Origin: Acidaminococcaceae bacterium
GTDB taxonomy: Bacteria > Bacillota > Negativicutes > Acidaminococcales > Acidaminococcaceae
DNA: 64,000 bases
Direction: 5' to 3'
Assembly: GCA_022653215.1 (NCBI GenBank)
Contig: JALCSJ010000001.1
Span: 1,021 to 65,020 of the forward strand
The notes under the pieces were generated by a model. That model saw only the letters and a list, made by a program, of their open reading frames with translations. It searched no databases and was not told the DNA's origin. Below, piece by piece: positions 8,965 through 18,330 of the stretch (its first letter is position 1; every line of letters begins with the position of its first letter). Position numbers and translations under genes: made by a program.

Positions 8965-10845
8965 ATGATTAGGGAAAAGCGCAATAAAGAAAAACTAACG
9001 GGTTATTACAACAAATTCATTGAAGAAGGAATCTTGGATCCCAATGTTCACCCTTGGATAGCAGAATCTTGGCAAAGATGCGCTGCCAGAAAACAACCTC
9101 ATGAAACTTTGCCTAAAGGCCATAAACTCACAAGAGAACAAGTGGCTGAACAACAAAAGCTCCATCAGGAAGTAATTAATTATACTGATGGTCTGTTTGA
9201 ACAAAACAAACAGCATTTTAACTCTCATAACCTTAGCATGCTGCTCATTGATGAAAATGGCTACGTAATCAAAAACTACGCCCTGCCTTTTTACCAAAGA
9301 AGTATCGACGATATTCAGGGTATGCGAGTTTTGGAAGAAGACGTAGGAACCAGCAGTATCAGCATTGCCAGGGGACATGATGTACCCTTCTTAATGTTCG
9401 GACCGGAAATGTGGATCAGAGAATGTCATTCAGGAGATGCCTGCAGTGCTCCTATTGATGTCAATGGGAAAATCCGTTATATTATTGCCTTTTTCTCTTT
9501 AGACCAAAATGACCTTCCTTATGATATGCTTTTGGCGATTTTGCTGACCATGAAATATTCCCTGGAACAATTTTTAACCATGCTGGAATATTGGACTGTC
9601 TTTGACGTAGTGGCGGCGGAGATGCCTGTTTCCATTTATTGGCTGAATAAAAACGGCACCATTCGTTATTGCAATCCCAACGGCAAAAAGCGTCTGGGGG
9701 GCAAGGACAAAATGGATGAAGTGTTTTTAAACTATGAACATTTACCTATTGATAAAGCCTTGGGCGGGAAAGCTACCCTGCGCAAAGAAATTACCTGGAT
9801 TACTCAGGACAGAACTTATGAGGACGTAACCAGCGTCATGCCCGTAAGAATTTCCGGGCAGGTGGACAGTGTGGTTATCCTCAGCATGGCAATAGAGGAT
9901 TTAAAGACTACCATAGCTCACGCTACCGGTTACAATTCACGATACAGTTTATATAGTATGGTAGGAAATTCTGCGGAATTTTTGGCTTTGCAGCACAAAG
10001 CGGCCAGAGTAGCACGCAGTGACAATAATATTTTGCTTCAGGGTGAACCGGGTACCGGCAAGCAACGGTTAGCTCATGGTATTCATCAGGCTAGTCCCAG
10101 AGCTGCCGCACCTCTTATCACAATTCGTTGTCAAGAAGGTCCTATGAGTGCCTTGGAAGATGAGTTCTTTGGTTCCGGGGACCCAGGTTCAGGTTCCGGC
10201 AATGGAAAACTGGCCTTGGCAAACGGTGGAACTTTGTTCCTGGACGAGATCGAAAAATTACCTGTAGCCATGGGGGACAAAGTAGCTGATGCTATAATTA
10301 ATGGCATAGTAGACAAAGATACAGGACGTAAGAGAAAACTTAATGTCCGTATTATTGCGGCCTGCGATTCCAACTTGAAGCGCTTAACGGACAAAGGCTT
10401 GTTCTCTGCCAATCTTTATGCGGTAGTTCTCGGCACCACCATGCGGGTTATACCTCTAAGAGAACGTAAAGAAGACGTAGAAATTATTGCTAATCATATC
10501 TTGACAGAAATGGCTGCCAGACATAATATGCCGGCTAAAAAACTGGCACAGTCTGCTTTGAATTTGCTGAACAACTGTACATGGCCAGGCAATATTAAAC
10601 AGCTCCAGGGTGTTATTGAGCAGGCATTTTTCCATACAGCCGGCGGTAATATTGAAGCAGAGAACATTAAGCTTCCCGGTGACAAGACTATGGAAAAATC
10701 CTGGAAACATGATAAGGAAGCCTTTATTGCCGTATGGAAACAGGCCGGCGGCAATATCAGCAAGCTGGCAACTATGTTAGACGTAAGTCGTGTTACTTTA
10801 TATCGTTATTTGAAAAAATATAATTTAGGACCGGAGAAAAAGTAA
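8965..10845 (+). CDS. AcoR/NtrC-family (bacterial enhancer-binding-protein-like) transcriptional regulator with a degenerate sigma54-interaction module
   Basis: Walker A GEPGTGKQ, Walker B GTLFLDEIEKL and a C-terminal Fis-type HTH (ATMLDVSRVTLYRYLKKY). N-terminal sensory region (IAESWQRC). Start moved from GTG 8896 to ATG 8965, which is preceded by AGGAGGG. Confidence 0.8.
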   Translation: MIREKRNKEKLTGYYNKFIEEGILDPNVHPWIAESWQRCAARKQPHETLPKGHKLTREQVAEQQKLHQEVINYTDGLFEQNKQHFNSHNLSMLLIDENGYVIKNYALPFYQRSIDDIQGMRVLEEDVGTSSISIARGHDVPFLMFGPEMWIRECHSGDACSAPIDVNGKIRYIIAFFSLDQNDLPYDMLLAILLTMKYSLEQFLTMLEYWTVFDVVAAEMPVSIYWLNKNGTIRYCNPNGKKRLGGKDKMDEVFLNYEHLPIDKALGGKATLRKEITWITQDRTYEDVTSVMPVRISGQVDSVVILSMAIEDLKTTIAHATGYNSRYSLYSMVGNSAEFLALQHKAARVARSDNNILLQGEPGTGKQRLAHGIHQASPRAAAPLITIRCQEGPMSALEDEFFGSGDPGSGSGNGKLALANGGTLFLDEIEKLPVAMGDKVADAIINGIVDKDTGRKRKLNVRIIAACDSNLKRLTDKGLFSANLYAVVLGTTMRVIPLRERKEDVEIIANHILTEMAARHNMPAKKLAQSALNLLNNCTWPGNIKQLQGVIEQAFFHTAGGNIEAENIKLPGDKTMEKSWKHDKEAFIAVWKQAGGNISKLATMLDVSRVTLYRYLKKYNLGPEKK

Positions 10846-10872
10846 GAGATATTATCAGAGGGGGATATTAGT

Positions 10873-11511
10873 TTGCGTCTGAGAACCAATCCTCGCAGGC
10901 TGGCAGCTCTTTCCGATTATGAAGGGAAAGAACTGCTTAGCGGTGAGATAGAAAAATATAAAGGTAAATGGCGGCACTTGTTGGGAGATAAACCTTTGGC
11001 CCTGGAAATCGGCTGTGGCAAAGGGGCGTTCATTACCGGCATGGCAGCTCTTCACCCGGAGATAAACTTTTTGGGGATAGAATCCCAAAAGGAAGTTTGT
11101 TATTATGCTGTGAAAAAAATTCGGGAGCAGAAACTTACCAATGTTAAAATAATTTTTGGCAATGCGGTAAATCTCTGTGACTGGTTTGACACAGCAGAAG
11201 TGGCGAAACTTTATTTAAATTTTAGCGACCCATGGCCTAAGGCCAGACATGCTAAACGCCGGTTGACCTATAGAACCTTTCTCAGTCAGTATAAAAGAGT
11301 CTTAGTACCTCAGGGACACCTGCGGTTTAAAACTGACAATGATGGATTATTTGCTTTTTCATTGGAAGAGTTTCAAGAATTTGGGCTGAAGTTTATTGCT
11401 CAAACTACAGATTTGCATCATTCTGCTTATGAAAATGAAGTCCAGACGGAATACGAAAAACGTTTCAGTGGTCTGGGTAAGAATATTAATTTTTGTGAAG
11501 TTGTTTTTTAA
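10873..11511 (+). CDS. trmB: tRNA (guanine46-N7)-methyltransferase
   Basis: Motifs LEIGCGKG and FSDPWPKARHAKRRL. TTG start with GAGGGGG upstream. Confidence 0.9.
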   Translation: MRLRTNPRRLAALSDYEGKELLSGEIEKYKGKWRHLLGDKPLALEIGCGKGAFITGMAALHPEINFLGIESQKEVCYYAVKKIREQKLTNVKIIFGNAVNLCDWFDTAEVAKLYLNFSDPWPKARHAKRRLTYRTFLSQYKRVLVPQGHLRFKTDNDGLFAFSLEEFQEFGLKFIAQTTDLHHSAYENEVQTEYEKRFSGLGKNINFCEVVF

Positions 11512-11525
11512 GGGAGTACAAATAA

Positions 11526-12725
11526 ATGCAGAAACGTTTTTTGTTCTGGGATAATCCCCGGGATGCAGTACTGACTATAGTTCCTTTGCTTATGCTGCTT
11601 GGTGCCGTGAATGTATTCAGCGCCAGTTTTGTGGTAGCTGAGGCTATGTTTGGCAGCGGCTATCATTATTTAGGACGTTATGTTGGTTACGGCTTGCTAG
11701 GCCTCATAGGTGTCTATTTTGTAGGCTGGAAAGTTAATTATCACAAGGTATTGGGACATGGACAAAAGCTTTTTTTCCTTATGTTTTTTTTGCTTTTGGC
11801 AGTTGATTTATTCGGCAAAGCCGCCAAAGGAGCACAGAGATGGCTGGTGTTTGGGGGCTTTTCCTTCCAGCCTTCCGAATTCGTTAAGCTGGCGGTAATT
11901 ATTTTAGGAGCACGTTATTTAGGAAATTTAATGGAGAGAAAAACTACTCCCCATTTATTCAAGCTGAATGTTAATATGGCTTTTATGGAAGCGGCAGTTT
12001 TGGCTGTGATGGTTCTGGTACAGCCGGATATGGGCACCGCTTCTATTATTATGGGTCTCATGATTGTTCTCTATATTATAGCCGGACTACCTATTAAAGA
12101 AGTTATTGTTTTGTTGGGAGGCTGCTTTTTATTTGCTATTGCTGCTATTATTAAGGCACCCTATCGCTTAAACAGAGTATTGATTTGGCTGAATCCTTGG
12201 GCCGACCCCCAAGGCAACGGTTATCAAGCTGTCCAGTCTTTTGTTTCCATTGGCAGCGGCGGCTGGTTTGGTAATTCTTTTGGTATGGGCACAGGAAAGT
12301 TTTTCTTTTTGCCGGAGGCTCATACAGATTTTGCTTTTGCCATTTTCTGCCAGGAATGGGGTTTCCTGGGAGCCGTAGGTCTTATTGTTATGTTCTTGAT
12401 TTTGGCCATGGCTATTTTTAGAATTGGCCAAAGCACTACCAGCAAAGAAGGTTTTTTACTGGTGGCCGGGCTCAACTTTTTAATCGTAGGACAGGCTTTT
12501 GCCAATATGGCTATGGTCTGTGGTATTTTGCCGGTTATAGGGGTACCTCTTTCTTTCATCAGTTACGGCGGTACTTCTTTGCTTGCTACTTTGGGAGCAG
12601 TAGGACTGGTGGTTGCTATTTATAACGACGAAGTTAAACTGGCTAAAAAGCGGGCAGCCAGTAATGAAATACCAAGCTGGAACAATATCCGCAGACCTTT
12701 CAGACCCGGGAGGTGGAACAAATGA
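11526..12725 (+). CDS. SEDS family peptidoglycan polymerase (FtsW/RodA/SpoVE)
   Basis: 399-aa polytopic protein with QPSEFVKLAVI, PEAHTDFAFA and LSFISYGGTS motifs. It is directly coupled to a class B PBP. Confidence 0.9.
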   Translation: MQKRFLFWDNPRDAVLTIVPLLMLLGAVNVFSASFVVAEAMFGSGYHYLGRYVGYGLLGLIGVYFVGWKVNYHKVLGHGQKLFFLMFFLLLAVDLFGKAAKGAQRWLVFGGFSFQPSEFVKLAVIILGARYLGNLMERKTTPHLFKLNVNMAFMEAAVLAVMVLVQPDMGTASIIMGLMIVLYIIAGLPIKEVIVLLGGCFLFAIAAIIKAPYRLNRVLIWLNPWADPQGNGYQAVQSFVSIGSGGWFGNSFGMGTGKFFFLPEAHTDFAFAIFCQEWGFLGAVGLIVMFLILAMAIFRIGQSTTSKEGFLLVAGLNFLIVGQAFANMAMVCGILPVIGVPLSFISYGGTSLLATLGAVGLVVAIYNDEVKLAKKRAASNEIPSWNNIRRPFRPGRWNK

Positions 12726-14794
12726 TCAGAAGACCATCTCATAGGGTTTTGAGTTTTAAAGAAACTTTGGCTAAGAAAAGAACAGGAAAAGACTTTACTC
12801 TGAATGACAGCAAAAAACGGACCGGAGTAATGGGCTATGTGATTCTTATAGTTGTTTTGGTTATTATGGGCAGATTGTTCTGGCTGCAGATTGTCAAAGG
12901 CGGGACTTTGGGAAGGGAAGCTATAGCCCAGATAATGGGTGAAAACGTAGAAATCTCACCCCGGGGCAGTATTGTGGACAGAGACGGAGAAGAACTGGCC
13001 GTAAGTATTATCAGCAAATCCCTCTATGTGGATCCTCAGGAAATGGATGATAATCCCGAGCAGTGGGGCAGAGGCAAGCAGCCGGTGAGAGATCCCAGAC
13101 AGGTTGCCGCAGAAAAACTGGCACCGGTTTTGGGCATAAAAGAAGAAGAATTGCATGAATGCTTTGCCAATCCGGACCGGCGGTTCGTCTGGGTAAAAAG
13201 AACTTTGGAGCCGGAGGTGGCTTCTCAGGTAGCAGAGGTCATTAAAGAAAATAAGCTTAGCGGTTTTCATTTTCAGGAAGAAAGCAAGCGTTATTACACG
13301 AAAAATAAACTGGCGGCTCAGGTATTGGGTTTCGTTGGTACTGATGATAAAGGATTGGAAGGCATTGAAGCCTCCATGGACAAATACATAAAAGGCAAAG
13401 CAATCAAGCAGGGCAATTTCTTTGATGCCAGAGGCAACCGTATGGGTCAGTCCGGCATGAATGAAGTGGAAACGCCTAAGATGAACACCGTGTATCTGAC
13501 TATTGATGCTAAAATGCAGTTTATATTGGAAAAGAGTTTGGACGAAGCTATTGCTAAAACCCATGCAGCCAGTGCTGCAGCCATACTTATGAATCCTAAA
13601 ACCGGTGAAATTCTCGGGATGGCCAACCGGCCGACTTTTGACCCTAACAAATTTTCCCAGGCTGCCCCTGAGGCTTTTATGAACAGGTCAGTAGCTATTA
13701 TTTATGAGCCCGGTTCAGTTTTTAAACCTATTATGGGTTGTGCAGGACTAATGGAGGGAGTTATTACTCCTACCACAAAATTCAATGATTTAGGTTCTAT
13801 CGACGTAGGTGGCCGCCGGATTCGCAACTGGGATGGTCAGGGCCTGGGGATGGTAACCTTTACGGATATTATTAAATATTCCCTGAATACAGGTATGGCC
13901 AGTCTGGGCTTGAAACTAGGCGGCAAGCGGGAAACAGAGTATGCGAAAAAATTTGGCTTTGGCTCTCCTACGGGCAGTGATATTCCCGGGGAAGAAGCAG
14001 GTATTCTCTACAATCCGGATGACATGGTTCCTTCTGATGTTGCTACCATGGGTATTGGTCAGGGTATTGCTGTATCTCCTCTGCAAATGCTTAGGGCTAT
14101 TTGCGCTATTGCCAATGGCGGAGAATTATTAAAGCCTTACATTGTTAAAAAGGTGGAAAGCCCTGACGGAAAAATTCTTCAGGAAGGGCAGAAACAAGTG
14201 GTACGCACGGTAATTACTCCGGAAGTTGCCGAGGAAATGCGCGGCATGATGGAGAAGGTTGTTTCCGAAGGGGGCGGTAAAACTGCTCAGATTAAAGGCT
14301 ATAAAATCGCCGGAAAAACAGGTACAGCCGAAAAATTATCTCCTAACGGCGGTTATATTCCGGGAGTGTATATTGCTTCTTTTGTAGGCTTTGTGCCCAG
14401 TGACGATCCCCAATATGCTATGCTTATTATGCTGGATTCACCTAAGGGGGCGTTTTACGGGTCACAAGTATCTGCACCTATTTTCCGTGATACCCTTCAG
14501 CAGATATTAGTTGCCAAGGGTATTCAGCCCAGTGATTCCAAGGGACTGCCTACAGTGGAATCTCTCCAGCGGAAGGATTCCGGCCCAACTACTTTGCCCC
14601 AGCTGACTATACTGGACGATGGCAAAGTTAAGTTGCCCAATTTGGCAGGTTATAGTATGCGCAGTATTGCAGAAGTATTACAGCAAGGGAAGCTTGCTTT
14701 AGTTCCCCGGGGCAGCGGTATTTCCTGGCAGCAAAAACCCGGACCCGGAGCGACCTTGTCAGAAGGCGACACCGTAGAAGTTTGGTTTAAATAG
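12722..14794 (+). CDS. class B penicillin-binding protein (FtsI/SpoVD-like) with a C-terminal PASTA domain
   Basis: SxxK (GSVFKP), SxN (SLNTG) and KTG (KTGTA) motifs. PASTA-like C-terminus. ATG 12722 with GGGAGGTGG upstream is preferred to GTG 12713. Confidence 0.9.
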   Translation: MIRRPSHRVLSFKETLAKKRTGKDFTLNDSKKRTGVMGYVILIVVLVIMGRLFWLQIVKGGTLGREAIAQIMGENVEISPRGSIVDRDGEELAVSIISKSLYVDPQEMDDNPEQWGRGKQPVRDPRQVAAEKLAPVLGIKEEELHECFANPDRRFVWVKRTLEPEVASQVAEVIKENKLSGFHFQEESKRYYTKNKLAAQVLGFVGTDDKGLEGIEASMDKYIKGKAIKQGNFFDARGNRMGQSGMNEVETPKMNTVYLTIDAKMQFILEKSLDEAIAKTHAASAAAILMNPKTGEILGMANRPTFDPNKFSQAAPEAFMNRSVAIIYEPGSVFKPIMGCAGLMEGVITPTTKFNDLGSIDVGGRRIRNWDGQGLGMVTFTDIIKYSLNTGMASLGLKLGGKRETEYAKKFGFGSPTGSDIPGEEAGILYNPDDMVPSDVATMGIGQGIAVSPLQMLRAICAIANGGELLKPYIVKKVESPDGKILQEGQKQVVRTVITPEVAEEMRGMMEKVVSEGGGKTAQIKGYKIAGKTGTAEKLSPNGGYIPGVYIASFVGFVPSDDPQYAMLIMLDSPKGAFYGSQVSAPIFRDTLQQILVAKGIQPSDSKGLPTVESLQRKDSGPTTLPQLTILDDGKVKLPNLAGYSMRSIAEVLQQGKLALVPRGSGISWQQKPGPGATLSEGDTVEVWFK

Positions 14795-14800
14795 TCCGTC

Positions 14801-14862
14801 CCCATTGGTGCCAGGCACTTTTGGTGACATTTGACCCATCGGTGCCAGGCACTTTTGGCGAC
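14801..14862. repeat. two tandem copies of a 28-nt unit CCCAT(T/C)GGTGCCAGGCACTTTTGG(T/C)GAC
   Basis: Copies lie at 14801-14828 and 14835-14862 and differ at 2 positions. Each contains the palindrome GTGCCAGGCAC. Confidence 0.7.
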
Positions 14863-14995
14863 GCGAATGAGATTCGGCAGAATTATTGCTTCCTAGAGAT
14901 TTTGGCTTTATTTGAGTTACTGGTCAAGAATACACAAAAGTAGTACAATAAGAATATTAGTGGCTTAACCACGTAAAATTAGAGAGAGGTGCAAT

Positions 14996-16666
14996 ATGTT
15001 ATCTGATATTGAAATAGCTCACAAAGCAAAGATGCTTCCCATTACGGAAATAGCGAAAAAATTGGGTATTGAAGAAAAAGATATTGAACTCTATGGTCGT
15101 TATAAGGCAAAATTGTCTTACGATTTAATCCGTAGGTTAGCAAAAAAGAAAAACGGTAAATTAGTTTTGGTTACTGCCATTACTCCTACACCTGCAGGAG
15201 AAGGCAAATCCACCACAACAGTAGGTCTGGCTGATGGCTTGGCAAAAATCGGTGAAGATGTTATTGTTGCTCTGAGAGAACCATCTTTGGGACCTGTATT
15301 TGGCATTAAGGGCGGTGCTGCCGGTGGCGGCTATGCTCAGGTTGTTCCCATGGAAGACATTAATCTCCATTTTACCGGTGATTTTCATGCCATTACTTCT
15401 GCGCATATGCTCTTGTCTGCTATGCTGGATAATCACATTCAGCAAGGCAACGAATTAAATATTGACCCCAGACGGATTGTCTGGAAACGGGTTGTAGATA
15501 TGAATGACCGTGAACTTCGTCAAATCGTAGTTGGGTTAGGGGGCAAAGCTCAAGGCGTTCCCAGACAAGATGGTTTTGACATTACTGTGGCATCAGAAAT
15601 TATGGCTATCCTGTGCTTAGCAGACAGCCTTCATGATTTGAAAGAACGTTTAAGCAAGATTATTGTGGCATATGATTTTAAGGGCAATCCTGTTACCGCC
15701 GGTCAGCTCCATGCTCAGGGCGCTATGGCAGCTCTCTTGAAAGATGCCATTAAACCTAATCTGGTTCAGACTTTAGGCAATGTACCTGCTATTATTCACG
15801 GAGGACCTTTTGCCAATATAGCTCATGGATGCAACAGCGTTATGGCTACCAAAGCTTGCTTGAAACTGGCTAAATACACTGTTACGGAAGCCGGATTCGG
15901 TGCTGACCTAGGTGCAGAAAAATTCTTCGATATTAAATGCCGTTTCGCCGGATTAAAACCTAATGCAGTTGTTTTAGTGGCAACAGTCCGTGCTTTAAAA
16001 ATGCACGGCGGTGTACCCAAAACTGACCTCAAGAAACCTAATGTAGCCGCTTTGAAAAAGGGCTTGGCTAATTTAGGCAAACATATTCAAAACTGCCAGA
16101 AATATAATGTGCCTGTAGTTGTGGCTATTAATATTTTTGCTGATGATACCAAGGAAGAATTGTCCACTGTTTATAAATACTGTGCCAAACACGGTGTTCA
16201 TGTTGCCCTTTCCGACGTATTCGCCAAAGGGGGCGAAGGCGGCGTAGAACTGGCTAAGGAAGTAGTTAAATTAGTCGAGAGCGGTAAAGCCAAATTCAAA
16301 CCTTTGTATGCTGACAAGCTGCCTTTAAAGAAAAAGATTGAAAAAATTGCCAAAGATATTTATGGCGCTGATGGGGTTAATTACGAAAAGAAAGCAGAAA
16401 AAGCTTTGGCTGAATTTGAAAAATTAGGTTATGGTCATATGCCTATCTGCATGGCTAAAACTCAGTATTCTTTATCTGATAATCCTGCTTTGCTGGGAGC
16501 ACCTAAAGGTTTTAAAATTACCGTTAAAGATGCCAGAATATCTGCCGGCGCAGGTTTCGTAGTCGTGCTTACCGGTGACATTATGACTATGCCCGGTCTG
16601 CCTAAACATCCTGCTGCAGAAAATATTGATGTGGACGATAACGGGGTAATTTCCGGATTGTTCTAA
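14996..16666 (+). CDS. fhs: formate--tetrahydrofolate ligase
   Basis: 556 aa with the hallmark [15 protein letters not shown] and full-length FTHFS similarity. Confidence 0.95.
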   Translation: MLSDIEIAHKAKMLPITEIAKKLGIEEKDIELYGRYKAKLSYDLIRRLAKKKNGKLVLVTAITPTPAGEGKSTTTVGLADGLAKIGEDVIVALREPSLGPVFGIKGGAAGGGYAQVVPMEDINLHFTGDFHAITSAHMLLSAMLDNHIQQGNELNIDPRRIVWKRVVDMNDRELRQIVVGLGGKAQGVPRQDGFDITVASEIMAILCLADSLHDLKERLSKIIVAYDFKGNPVTAGQLHAQGAMAALLKDAIKPNLVQTLGNVPAIIHGGPFANIAHGCNSVMATKACLKLAKYTVTEAGFGADLGAEKFFDIKCRFAGLKPNAVVLVATVRALKMHGGVPKTDLKKPNVAALKKGLANLGKHIQNCQKYNVPVVVAINIFADDTKEELSTVYKYCAKHGVHVALSDVFAKGGEGGVELAKEVVKLVESGKAKFKPLYADKLPLKKKIEKIAKDIYGADGVNYEKKAEKALAEFEKLGYGHMPICMAKTQYSLSDNPALLGAPKGFKITVKDARISAGAGFVVVLTGDIMTMPGLPKHPAAENIDVDDNGVISGLF

Positions 16667-16685
16667 TTTAAGACACTGTTAAACA

Positions 16686-16725
16686 ACACGCCTAATTCAT
16701 GACTAAGGTCACGAGTTAGGCGTGT
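16686..16725 (+). terminator. long hairpin downstream of fhs (weak or no U-tract)
   Basis: ACACGCCTAA at 16686-16695 pairs with TTAGGCGTGT at 16716-16725, with additional inner pairing. It is followed by AGTATT rather than a U run. Confidence 0.45.
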
Positions 16726-16827
16726 AGTATTATACTGCCGAATAGTTTATAATATTAGATATAGAGAGGACCGACTTTTTGTGTTCCACCAGCCTTTTAA
16801 ATTTCAAGTAACCACGGAGGTCAAGTA

Positions 16828-17637
16828 ATGGACAATATTGTAATGTATGGTAAACCGGTTGCGGATAAAGTAAAAAATACTATTAAAGAAAAAATTGCCG
16901 GGAAAAAACTAACATTAGGCATTATGCTTATTGGTGATGACCAGCCTTCACATATATATATGGAGCGACTGGCGAAAAATGCCTTGGCTCTGGGAATTGC
17001 CGTCAAAAAGGTAATCTTGCCCGGTACTATTACCCAAGAAGCAGCAGAAAATGCTTTGGAAAAGTTAAACCAGGATCCTGCAATAACGGGGATTCTCCCG
17101 CTTATGCCCTTGCCTAAACATCTGAACACTAAAGCTTTCTGCGACAAGTTGGCTCCGACGAAAGATGTGGACTGTCTGTGTCCTTCCAATGCCGGAGAAG
17201 TTTTCTTGGGCACTAGCAGATGGGCATCCTGTACACCAAGGGCTTGCATGGCTATCCTGAAATTTTATGGCATAGAAATAGCCGGTAAAAAGGCCGTAGT
17301 TTTGGGCCGTAGTAATGTAGTCGGCAAACCTTTGGCGTTATTGCTTATGCAGCAAAATGCCACGGTAACTATTTGCCACTCTAAAACAAAAAATCTCCCG
17401 GCCATTGTGGCGGGAGCAGATATTATTATAGCGGCTATGGGAAAAGCCGGTTTTGTTATACCTGAAATGGTTAAACCCGGAGCTGTAATCGTGGATGTGG
17501 GTATTAATGTTGTAGACGGTAAACTACGGGGAGACGTAACACCGGAAGCTTATGCTAAATCTTCAGCCTATACTCCTGTTCCGGGCGGGGTAGGGGTTGT
17601 GAGTAACTCTATGGTTCTCGAATCCCTAGCAAGGTAA
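16828..17637 (+). CDS. folD: FolD-family methylenetetrahydrofolate dehydrogenase (divergent; cyclohydrolase residues substituted)
   Basis: Conserved GRSNVVGKPLALLL, ATVTICHSKT and PVPGGVG motifs. 269 aa, shorter than usual. RBS is GGAGG. Confidence 0.8.
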   Translation: MDNIVMYGKPVADKVKNTIKEKIAGKKLTLGIMLIGDDQPSHIYMERLAKNALALGIAVKKVILPGTITQEAAENALEKLNQDPAITGILPLMPLPKHLNTKAFCDKLAPTKDVDCLCPSNAGEVFLGTSRWASCTPRACMAILKFYGIEIAGKKAVVLGRSNVVGKPLALLLMQQNATVTICHSKTKNLPAIVAGADIIIAAMGKAGFVIPEMVKPGAVIVDVGINVVDGKLRGDVTPEAYAKSSAYTPVPGGVGVVSNSMVLESLAR

Positions 17638-17680
17638 AAACGTAAACAAATCTATGCTAACGGTCTGATATAGTATAAAC

Positions 17681-17726
17681 AGTGGCTGTAACATAATGAC
17701 AAATTAATCATTGTGTTACAGCCACT
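17681..17726. terminator. bidirectional hairpin between convergent folD and thioesterase genes (TAACATAATGA hairpin family, copy 1)
   Basis: AGTGGCTGTAACATAATGA / TCATTGTGTTACAGCCACT forms a 19-bp stem (one G-U pair) with an 8-nt loop. Confidence 0.6.
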
Positions 17727-17731
17727 AGTTC

Positions 17732-18130
17732 TTATTTACGATTCTTTAGTTTGGCCATGAACTTTTCTTTTTTGACCAGAAAACGTTCGTGAGTGCCTTG
17801 ACCTATGGTTCCGAAATCATCGGCAGCAATAACTTTAAATGTCAGTTTCCGGCCATCTACACCTGTTAAAACAGCTTTAGCCGTAATAGTTTCACCAACT
17901 AAACTGGCTGCATCATGGGAAATGCTCATGCTAACACCTACGGAAGTAGTATCAGCATCAATGCAGGGATTGACAATATCACAAGCAGCCTTTTCCATTA
18001 ACGCAATCATGGCAGGAGTAGCATAAACATCAAGAGAGCCGCTGCCCATTGCCGCAGCTGTATTAGTGTGAAGTACTTTTTCACTAGCTTCGGCCACCAG
18101 ACCTAAAGTAAATTCCTTCATCTTTTTCAC
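17732..18130 (-). CDS. hotdog-fold thioesterase (FlK-like family)
   Basis: 132 aa. The pattern TAAAMGSGSLDVYATPAMIALMEKAA ... SHDAASLVGETITAKAVL ... GTHERFLV is typical of this family. Confidence 0.7.
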   Translation of the reverse strand: MKKMKEFTLGLVAEASEKVLHTNTAAAMGSGSLDVYATPAMIALMEKAACDIVNPCIDADTTSVGVSMSISHDAASLVGETITAKAVLTGVDGRKLTFKVIAADDFGTIGQGTHERFLVKKEKFMAKLKNRK

Positions 18131-18330
18131 TTCTTTCTATAATAGTTATCATCTTAGTTAATATTACTAGGTTTCGGACTTTCCTGCAAGAGTTGAATGA
18201 GAATTTTCCTAAAAAACACCCACAGAAGCCATATAATCTTGTATAATATTAATATACTATGAGTAAAAGTTCTCTTTGGTGCAATCGTCATTGGGAATAC
18301 ATAAAAGCAGGCTAAAGTGAGGAGAAATTT

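Noticed and set aside
14801-14862. CRISPR-like or sigma54-promoter reading of the GGCAC-TTTT-GG repeat
   Set aside because: There are only two copies and no spacer architecture. The GG/GC spacing does not fit TGGCAC-N5-TTGC.
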